Source: Sphaeroforma arctica JP610
Taxonomy: Eukaryota
Assembly: GCF_001186125.1 (NCBI RefSeq)
Contig: NW_014040217.1
Span: 41,967-81,271 of the forward strand
DNA length: 39,305 nt
Reading direction: 5' to 3'
The notes under the pieces are model-generated. The model was not told where the DNA came from. It worked only from the letters and a program-made list of their open reading frames with translations, and ran no database searches. The translations under genes were made by a program, and so were the position numbers. This document shows, in pieces, positions 29,741 through 39,305 of this stretch. Within the stretch, counting starts at the first letter, position 1; every line of letters begins with the position of its first letter.

Positions 29741-31999
29741 GACATTAATTTCACTTGCAGGTACTGTGACTGTGAAGCCTGGTAGGTTGCAATGTACGTC
29801 AGGAGGTATGTTCGCGTTGGTATCTAAGAGATCTGTAAGTGACTCCCTGAAACCTTCTTGTTTATGCTCAGGGTTCTCTTCATGTGGCGTGAGAAGTTAT
29901 TCCCATTTCGCATCTGTTGGTATAAGTGGTTTAATTAATCCTGCTATGTATATACCTATGTATGGTAGAATGTCCATACCTAGAAGTATTGGTGCCTTCT
30001 TGTCTGGTAAATCCAATACTTCAGAACACTGAGTGGTTATCTACCTCCATAATTAATATCACAAACTTCGGTTGATCCTGTGCGATGTATTCTTGCATCT
30101 GTTTGTGCTAATTGTATTAACCCGGTTGCACTCTGACGGAGATGTTACTACACTCTTGTCCATGCATAAGCGTTGTACGCCTGATTCTACTAGTGCATTG
30201 TATGTATTGCCTTTAATTTGTATATCAATGTGTAAACGTTGGTCTCGTGGTGCGGGAAGTAAGGATAAGGGTTGGTAATTTAAATCATTTGCATTTATTA
30301 ACATCGTTTCTTCGTCTGTATATACATTGAGCCTGTCAGCCAAGCCAATCATGTTTGCATCCGCCCAGCAGTTGTTTCGGTGTTCATCACCCTCCGTGAT
30401 GTCTTCTACCTTGCTAGAGGTAATGGGCAGTCTTGCTATTCACACATCCTTCTTGACCTGTTCCTCAGCCTGCTTGGCCTGATTCGAAGCCTTCTTGGGA
30501 CATAGACTGAAACGATGCGGGGCTGGCATCACCTTACAGTAGGGATATGGACGCTCCTCACGCGCCCCTTTATTTTCTTGGGCTTGTCCTGTTGGTTTGG
30601 TTTGATTGGGTGCACCGTTGTCTGGTTTATGCCGTTTGTTTGTAGTGGTAGTGCTACTCTCAGCGTGGTTGGTCGCCTGCGTGTTAAGACGCTTGTTCTG
30701 CACTGGCAACTGCTCCCGTAACATTCGTTCTCCTTGCACCTTGGATGCCGCTCGTATGCTTGCCTCAGTCCTAGTATGAAAGTTAGTGTGTTCTATATCT
30801 GATAATGCCCCTCACTCCCATCAGGTTGCTTGTCTGCCTTGATGAGAGCATCCACCTGTGCTTGTTGTCCGTAGTATATAAGTGCTTGGTATCTTTGGAC
30901 TTTGAGGAGTTGGAAGTATATAGGTTCCTTGTCTGAGTTGCGGTACGCTCTGTGCGCACTTAGACGTTCAGCTTCTTGTTCTGCGTGTCATTAAGAAACT
31001 TCTCTAACAGATAATCTACTGGGTGAGTCCTGAGTCTGTCAATAAAAATTATATTGAATTGCTCAGGTTTCTTGAAGTGCTTAGTTGTATGCGTCTCAGA
31101 ATCTCTCAAGTTATTGAGTACTGGCTTGGTCTTTTCCGTTGCATCAGTTAATAGGTTTCTCCCCAGTGCTGGGTACTGACACAGTGGCATGGACTTTGCT
31201 AGGAATAGGTCACTACATCGCGTAGTGAACTCGATGATGCCTTCGCAATTTTCCATTTTGATGTAACTATCTTTAGGGAGCTTAGAAAATTCTGAAGTCT
31301 TTAGTAGTTTTGCGAGAGGTGGTTCATTTATCTGGTCGCCTAATCGTGAACGCATGAGCTCTAACTCACTAATGTTTTGACTTATTTGAATGATTTCATC
31401 CTCTTCATCGTCTCCACTCTCATCGATAGCTAAATCATATCGTCGTCTGAGCTCCGCATCCACGAGTAGCATACGTCGCTCTGGCTGTTGGTCATGAATG
31501 TCTACTCTCATCTTGTGTAGAGTCGGTATAGGCACTGCTGTTGGTTGTTCCAATTTGGAAACAAACCTACCAACCAGGACATGGTTGCCTTGGCAAATAT
31601 TTTTGTCTATTTCTTAAAAATAGCTGAAATTAATTGGGCCGGCACTTGCACTATCCGCGCCCTCACTCCCTTCTTCACCACCATACACGCCTGCTCTGGC
31701 TGCCGTTGGCATCTTGAGATGTCTGTGAAGGTGTGTAGGTATTGCGGGTTATTAATAAAGATGCTAGCTATATTCTGTGCGAATGCGCGCTTCACCCCCC
31801 TTGTCATTAGTAATAATTCGTATAAAATAAATAAAATTTGAAGCTATTTTACTTACTTTTGTAGTGTTCTTGCTTTGCTGCACTTCCTTAGGAAGTGTCT
31901 ACCGTTCTGTGTGTTACGGTAACTTGTTGCTTTGTTCTCTGTGTTTATGATGGTTTAAACGGTGTTTGTTAGTCAAGCTTATTTCGTCATGTGTTGGCT

Positions 32000-34900
32000 T
32001 ACGTGTGATTATTCCGCCATATGAGAAATTATTTTCTCATGTGGTCTCAATGAGATGTTCGGTCCTAGTGACGTCACCTAGGAAGTTCGGTCTTATTGAC
32101 AGCCCTTGTAGTGTACTGAACTTCCTGAATATATCAGTATGTTTGTGTTCCTGTGTACCTGCTATGATTATTGTTTTGTTGCAGATGTTGTGCACTCCTG
32201 AATCACTGTTGACACTCGTGTTTCTGTGGTTTGATACTCTCACCTTCGATGTGCGGCTTTACAAAGCCTTATGTGCGGTTTTACCAGGCTTGTTCTTAAC
32301 TTGATTGACGATGCTACCAAAATATAAGAGTTGCGCCCTTGATTGTGTGTATTTAGTGTGTATCTCGTCCCTGTATGTGTATTGATCGTGTTTTAGTATT
32401 GTTTGATACTTGATCTCATTAGTGGTCGTGATTTTGTGTTCTCTTGTAACCCAATTTGCTTGTTGTAGTTATGGTCTTGTATTTGTTGCCTTTATAAGTA
32501 AGTAGTTGTGGTATTTGTGGTTTTGGTTCGTCCTGTGACGTTCCATATCGTGTTGAATCTTACGTCGATCGTTTGTCGCTCTGCTTGTGCCTGATCTGAT
32601 TCTGATGTTTTGCCTTTGTGTGCGGAATCTTATTTGTTTTGATCGTGTGTGGCTCTGCTTGTACCCGATCGGATTCTGGTGTTTTGTCTTTGTGTTTGTG
32701 TAAGACTTACTCTATTAATATGTCTTTCATCGCTATGATCTAAATATACTCGTACTTCTGATCTGATCTGGGACGTGCAATTTCGACCTGTGGCCACTGT
32801 CTGATCTTCTTGCCATTGTATCTGATCTGCTTGGTTATACTGGTTCTGCTAGTCTGTCTTAATTACTTATTTGTTTGTATGTGTTCTAGTTTTGTACTTT
32901 CCTGTGCGCGTGTATATGTGTACTTATCTATGCGCATGTGTATGTGATTCATTGATGTGATTTCCATGTCGTGACTGATTTAGCTGTTCCAACATTCTAT
33001 CTTGATTGTTCTTGGTAAACTTTATACCCAATCAGGTCGAGGTCGCTTTGTGTATGTCTTTGGATGGGATGGATTACCCCCCGCTAATCTTTCCTTATTC
33101 ATGGAAGTTATTTTTTACTTCTATGGTGTCACTGTGCATGTGATTTTGTGTGCACTATTTCTGTTTAGTGTTTAAATGGGACATGAGATGTCTTGAAAGG
33201 TGATTTACTCTTAAGGTCTAAGTTTGGTGAAGTCTTTGCGTTCCTAGAGTCTCTGAATGTTACTGATTTTAGTATGTGATTCCTTCCTCTAAGATAATAA
33301 TTATAAGTTTCGTTCTTGGGTGGTCGAAGTTTCTTGTGGGCGAATTGCCCTGTACATTTGTTCACCCCCCAATCACTCTCGTTTGTGAGTTATGGAACAC
33401 TTGTAACTTTTTATTATCACCCTTATCAACGCAGTTCTGAGTTAAGCTTTTAGAATGATATTCTTAACATATGCTACCTCTAGGGATGATGTTTCGGTTG
33501 TTCTATTGATATCTGTACCAATGTGTTCTACCTCTCGGGATATTGCTTGTCGGCTACTACTGCTGTTACTATCTTGTGAGATATGTTCCTATTCATCGAA
33601 TTTTCTTGTTCGAAATCAATGTGATACTTCTTTTCCAATTTCTATAGCCCAACATTGATAATTATATCACCTCGACAGGTTTTGGTTGTTTCTGCTCTTC
33701 CTATTCTAAGAGCTTCTTGGAACCTTCCAAAAACCTACCTTATTCTCGTCCAGTGTCAGTGGAGAACATGGGACTGCTTCTCGTCTGCTTCTTGTCCACT
33801 TTCCAGTTCTCTTCTCTTTTGTCAGCTGAATCTGCCTCATAGTTTTTACGCCGTGGAGTATGGTGTATATATTCGTATCACTCTCATGTGCTGTACCCTT
33901 ATGTGTATATTTGTTTCAATATGTCCGGTATGTTTGTGTTACTCGTAGTGTTGTGCTCCGGTGTAGTGCACATCGATCTTCTCGGTTCCTACTTAAATCT
34001 TGTGCTTGTATGATGGATGTCTAGCCCTCAATTGTATATGCACTTGTGTTGTTGTCTGACATCTGAGTGCTACTTGAACTCCAGCATTTCTGTTGTCTTT
34101 TATGAATGTGATCTCTCAAATCTTGTCCAACCTGTGTATCTGATCATCGTTTTGAATACTAATTGTGCTCGATCGGTTGATGGTGTGTGCTTGTGTGTTG
34201 TTCCAAGACTCTTCTACTCTAGATTTCGTACTATACTTATGTGTGCAGCATCGGTTTTTAGTATCTTGTTGTGTTTATTCATGCGTTCTCTTAAATCTCT
34301 TTTCACATATGTATATCGCTTCTTCCCTTTCTTGATCTTCTTTCTTAGTACTAATTGTGCTCGATCAGGGTGATGGTATGTGCCTGTGTGTTGTTTTGAG
34401 ATTCTCACACTCATAGTTGTACCTTTGTGTGTAACCATGGTTTGTATCTATTTTTCGTTTATTTGTGTTTTCTACCAAGACTTATTTTTACAAGTGTACA
34501 TCACTTCCTTCCTTTCTTGATCATTGATTGTGTACTAGTTGTACTTGATCAGGTCGCTGGTGTGTGGTTGTGTTTTATTTTCAGCCTCATGTGCTGTTAT
34601 GTCTCGTCTATAGCCCTATTTTGTTTAGGCAAGTCTTTGATGTTGTGATTTCAATCTTAGATTCTCGATTTCACAAATACTACGTGTTCTGTCTGGTTAA
34701 TTGCGCCCTCTAGTCTCACCTCTTAGTTTTTTGGTGCGTATTCTAAGCCTTTTGTTTAGTCACCAATATTTGGATCAGGTCTGGGTAGCCTTTATAACCC
34801 TGTGCCCAATATTTTTGTTTAGTTTGTGCGAGTACTAGTGTTCTGATTTAGATGTGTGTACTGGTGATCTGATTTCCACGATTGTTCTTGATCTTGTATG

Positions 34901-35370
34901 ATTTCATGTTCGAGCACACGTAATATTCGTTCACTGGTTGTGTGCCCTTCAATCTGTGATTACTTGTCGCTCGGTTGTCTTATTTGTGCGTGTACTATAA
35001 ATCTGATTTAGAGGTGTTTACTAGTGATCTGATTTCATAACCCCTAAGTGTGTGTACGAGTGATCTGATTTTCACTAGTGTTGTTGATCCTGTATGATCT
35101 CGTGTTCGGGTACACACTTGGTAGTTGTTTATTGGTTGTGTGCCCCTCAATATGTGATCACCTGTCGCTCTTTTGTAAGTTTGTTATTAGACTGGTTGTT
35201 TGCATGCTTTGATGTCATATAATTCATTTCTATCTTAAGTTGTGTGTTCTTTGATAGTGTTTTTGAGCCTTGTAGTATCCTACTAAATAAACTTGCCCCT
35301 CGTTATCTGTAGCCCGTGTGAATCTTAGTTCTTTACTGTATTCAGGTGGGCTCTGAGTTCACTGTGACTC
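32000..35370 (-). repeat. Strand-skewed non-coding tract with degenerate internal tandem repeats, probably retroelement-derived
   Basis: T/G-rich plus strand like the flanking gag copies; 74-bp period pair (32578, 32652), ~190-bp period triplet (34157, 34349, 34533), ~200-bp duplication in 34843-35170; no recognisable protein domain. Confidence 0.5.
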
Positions 35371-35372
35371 TC

Positions 35373-36170
35373 TTAATGATGCAGTGTAATGTTCTGTTGA
35401 CTGTGAAATATTCTGAAATACTCTATGATGTGTTCACAATTTTCCATTCTAAAGTAACTATCTTTAGGCATCTTAAGAAATTCTAAAGTATTTAGTAGTT
35501 TTGCAAGAGGTGGTTCATTTATCTGGTCGCCTAAGCGTGAACGCATGAGCTTTAATTCACTAATGCATTGACTTGTTTGAATGAGATCATCTTCCTCATC
35601 GTCACCGCAATCATTGATAGCTTGATCATATCGTCGTCTGAGCTCCGCATTCACGAGTGGCATGCGTTGTTCTATCTGTTGGTCATGAATGCCTACCCGC
35701 ATCTTGTGTATAGTCGGTATAGGTACAAGTGTTGTTCGTTCCAATTTGGACACAAACCTACTCACCAAGATATAATTGCCTTGACAGATACTCTTGTCTA
35801 TTTCGAGACGCATTGATGAGGCTAGTATGGGAACTGCTCCAGGTGTCGGTTGGTTTGACCCACGACCTGTGTTTGGCCCACCTACTGGGATACCCCCTGC
35901 ACCATCGGTGCCCACGCCCTGTTCTTCCCCACCATACACGCCTGCTCGGGCTGCTGTGGGAATCTTGAGATATCTGTGATGGAGTCTGGTTGTTGCGAAA
36001 TATTAATAAAGACTTCTGCTCTATTTTATGCGAATGCGCGCGCTTCACCCCCCCCCTTGTCTTTAGTAATAACTCGTCTAAAATAGATTCGCTGCACTTC
36101 CGCGGGAAGTGTTTACCGTTCTGTATGGTATGGTAGCTTGTTGCTTTGCTGCCTGTGTTTAGAAGGAGTG
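35373..36170 (-). mobile_element. Second, diverged copy of the Gypsy gag 5' region
   Basis: PIPTIHKMRVGIHDQQ...AELRRRYD...ISELKLMRSRLGDQINEPPLAKLL...PKDSYFRMENCE is clearly homologous to ORF 31553-30960; DNA similarity extends to ~36168 vs ~31952. Confidence 0.88.
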
Positions 36171-36317
36171 AATATAGAGTATGGAGAGTAGCTGAAAGAT
36201 ACACGATAAAGGATACAATAGACCTCTTCTCAAGTATGGTAATCTTGTAATAAGCCGGGTCTCCACATTAGACTCTATGTTATAAACATATTCTTAAGCA
36301 GTACGCAAAATATAAAC

Positions 36318-36432
36318 GTACTCTTAATATTACGAAGAACTTAAGTTTCCTAAATGTGCTCTTAATAGTACGAGGAACTTAAGTTTCCTAAATGTACTCT
36401 TAATAGCACGAAGAATTTAAGTTTCCTAAAAT
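36318..36432. repeat. 38-bp tandem repeat x3
   Basis: gtactcttaata(t/g)(t/c)acga(a/g)gaa(c/t)ttaagtttcctaaat units at 36318, 36356, 36394. Confidence 0.9.
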
Positions 36433-37034
36433 GGTTTTTAATGGTTTTGTTAATTAATACCTTTTCCATTTTACATATCAAATATTGGATGAGGCCATTA
36501 AAAGGCCTCAGTAAAATACCAAACATAAAGAGTTGGTCTAGTTCTATTAATAGAACTTTATTTACTTTCCAATTTTATTTATATCTGAATACTTCGGTAG
36601 CGAGATGGCTCAACCGAATATAGGATTTTAGGGACTATTAACGTTACCTAGTTGATCCTTCGATCAGCCAACCAGATGTACCAGTCTGATGAAGGCTAAG
36701 CCGGTATTCTTGATAGTGGCAAGTTATTGGTTAAGACAATAACTAAGGACGTCAAGAGTAAATTTTCTTCTTCTTCTAAAGATAGGATTTTACGAGTCTC
36801 TCGGATTCGATCCAGTGAAACATACCATAGTTTCTAATAGAGCGACAACGAAACACTAAATAAAATCCCTTCGGCGGAAACAGTATTGAGAGGATTATAT
36901 ATAGGCAATGTCTCAGCCTCACAATCCCTCAAAGTATTGCTGATTTCACGAGGCAAACCTAACTTTACTAAACGTCTCATTTCGTTTATCTATATCGATA
37001 TTTGCACGATATAGAATTTACCTACGCGTTTATT

Positions 37035-37318
37035 TATTCTAAGGCATTAGTATCGCCTTTATTAGACCGAATCTTACACATTTTAAAGTTAGCAAAGGTA
37101 TTAATTACTTAGACTACTTAAGCGTAAGGGTAGATTAACTACCACAACATTTTTTTCACTCTTGTCCAAGCTAGTATATTCTAAGGCATTAGTATCGCCT
37201 TTATTAGACCGAATCTTACACATTTTAAAGTTAGCAAAGGTATTAATTACTTAGACTACTTAAGCGTAAGGGTAGATTAACTACCACAACATTTTTTTTC
37301 ACTCTTGTCCAAGCTAGT
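37035..37318. repeat. Near-perfect 142-bp tandem duplication
   Basis: 37035-37175 and 37177-37318 are identical except for one T in a T-run. Confidence 0.95.
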
Positions 37319-37408
37319 CGTTAAGAGACAAGCTAGTAGTCTTAAGTTAAGATTATAACCAAGAAAGACAACACTCCTTCTAAGAAGCGTAGAGCTGAAA
37401 AGAAGAAG

Positions 37409-39305
37409 ATGGAGAGAGAAGCCGCTAGCGCTGCCGCAGCTACTGCCGCCGCAGAAACAACCGCCGCCGCTGCTGACGCGTTTAACCTCACTGTAGCCGA
37501 AGTACTTGCCTCTGACAATAATAGTCAAAAGGACAATGCTTCAGATAAGGATGAAGCCACTTCGCTTAAGGATACTACTACCACTGACCGAGTCCTAGGG
37601 CCAGCTATTGCCTCAACTTCAAAGCTTGCATTAACGAAGCCAAGAAGTGAGACAAGGGATACGTCTCAAGACGCCCCAACCCATTCTTCTGACAAAACTC
37701 AGAAAGGAAAGTCCCCAATTATAGGGGCGTCCCCAATTATAGGGGACAAGGACAAATCTCAGAAGGAACCTATTATGGAACCAGAAGAGGAGGCAAGCTC
37801 AAGTGGCAAACCCGAATCTACGTCCGAGACTACTAAGCCAACGCGCATAAGTAAGTTAATTACTGAAAACGCCGATCTTAAGAATCAGTTAGCTACCATT
37901 ATGAAAGACTTGACTGTCGAACATGTAGATCAATTAAATAGATCAGGAAAACATACATAGCAATTACGCGAGCATATTTCCCCGGGCATTACTGAATCCC
38001 TACAGAAGTGAACAGAACGTCGACAGGCAATTACACCTAAGGACTCAAGCTCGACACCTGAGTCATATGATCCAGAGGTGCACAACTTCGATATACCGTA
38101 CGTGGCATTACTGCCAGAAGAACAGGCTAATCATTCGCCTGTTCTGACACCTGGTCGTGAGTCACCTGTCCTCAAAGATATTATAGACCGAGAGGTAAGG
38201 AGATATATTCCGCCACTTGTACCCAATTGGGATGATAATTGTCGGAAACCAGTTAAGACTGGGTATGTTATTCCGACGCCAAGGGATATTAATCAACCCC
38301 GCAGACGTGTGAACGATGTCGAGTTTAATCGCTTCGACCGCACGGCTTTACACCAACCCGCAGAGGATTTCCACTCTGACGAGGTGACCGACCTTAATAA
38401 ATCGGTCGACGATTATACCAATAAAATGGAAATCGCCCATACTGCGCATCATGCTGATGACGTAGCATACTATGCGAATATGATTGCGATTAAGCAAAAG
38501 CGCATAGACCAACTACTGCAGGCCCAACGTGGACTAGACCACAGGGACAACCAGAAGTACAAGGGACAGATCAGTCGACTTAAGTCGAACTGGGATGCCA
38601 ACAGCAAGCAGATCGAGTTTATAAACAACCATGACCTCGACACGCTAACTCGTACACTTAATGCGTTTACGGTCATGCTGGAGACGAATGATATTGCTCC
38701 CCAGCAATGGATCTCTGCCATAATGCAGACATTTGACCCTACAGGGACCAGTTATCTGATCCTGCAGCGACACAAGCATGAGCTAGACACTTGTCGTGAC
38801 TGGCCAGCTGTGTGTTGGTTGGTCACATCCTTGTTAAGTAAGGATATGCGTAGCCCTGGGCTAAGTTCAATTTTAAATGAACCAGCCGAGAACACGCCCA
38901 TTCAGAGCTATATTCTGAAGTTAGACGCTGACCTGAAACGTCCCGATATAACAAAGGACAAGGCACAGCGATGGTACGAATTCCTGGTTATGCATGTGTT
39001 CTGTAAGCACATAGGGAATAACGACCGTGAGAGTCTGTACGCCGAGTTGCGACGTAAACACGCGACTGAGGCTCGAGATATCCCGACTTAAATGGGAACA
39101 GTTTTATGATACTGTATCCACCCTTTTCCCCGCACATCGAGTAACATCGAAGGGAAAAGCGGCTGTTAAGAAGCCGCGGGAGCACACCGATCACGGATAC
39201 GTATCCAGACAGACCTCAAACGAGAGACCCCAACATACACGTGCTCGCGACTCCACTTTATCCACGCGACCCAATAAACGGGCACGCGCGGGGGCGAAGG
39301 ACATG
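37409..39305 (+). pseudogene. Interrupted gag-like ORF of a third retroelement, continuing off the window
   Basis: ORFs 37409-37960 and 38078-39091 share one frame broken by TAG and TGA; a frameshift near 39085 continues as LKWEQFYDTV...KRARAGAKDM. Low-complexity N-terminus, coiled-coil and capsid-like F..MLETNDI..QQW segment; intronless. Confidence 0.6.

Larger units (their letters stand above)
27715..31950 (-). mobile_element. Decayed Ty3/Gypsy LTR retrotransposon internal region: gag - PR - RT - RNase H - MTase - integrase Zn finger (integrase core missing)
   Basis: Gag-like ORFs 31553-30960 and 30739-30440 with degenerate knuckle YPYC-x6-H-x4-C; PR ALVESGV; RT NSPL..RTCLDLR, APFGL, YVDD; RNase H NASDYGIG, YFSKGLN.AQQRY, ELLALV, TDHKAL, DNQMADMFSR; many frameshifts and stops. 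LTRs not identified. Confidence 0.9.

Noticed and set aside
27715..31950. DIRS element because of the MTase domain
   Set aside because: Aspartic protease remnant, Gypsy-type RNase H and integrase Zn-finger motif are present; no tyrosine recombinase seen.
32040..32130. Chromodomain remnant (VHYKG on minus strand)
   Set aside because: Five-residue match surrounded by stops; unsupported.
32300..35370. Second decayed pol gene
   Set aside because: Only scattered 3-5 residue resemblances; no ordered RT/RNase H motifs recoverable.
37958..38011. Stop-codon reassignment or programmed readthrough
   Set aside because: Host genes end in standard TAA/TAG; two different stops plus a frameshift fit decay better.

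Overview
Intron-rich eukaryotic genomic DNA (GT-AG introns, mostly 150-550 bp, AT/GT microsatellites; probably a unicellular opisthokont-like protist, taxon not determinable from sequence alone). The left 25 kb holds a LINE remnant and four spliced host genes: an AAAP/SLC38-AVT amino-acid transporter (+), a GH85 endo-beta-N-acetylglucosaminidase (-), and a head-to-head pair DBP2/DDX5 (-) and CCT4 (+). DBP2 carries a box C/D snoRNA in intron 2 and a 1003-bp hairpin-rich intron at the conserved motif-V position. CCT4 intron 1 contains a 3x3 higher-order repeat array. The right 13 kb is a retroelement graveyard. Its most notable member is a decayed Ty3/Gypsy element whose pol carries a DIRS-type Dam-like N6-adenine methyltransferase domain between RNase H and the integrase zinc finger. 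A second copy of its gag and an unrelated, divergently oriented gag-like pseudogene follow.
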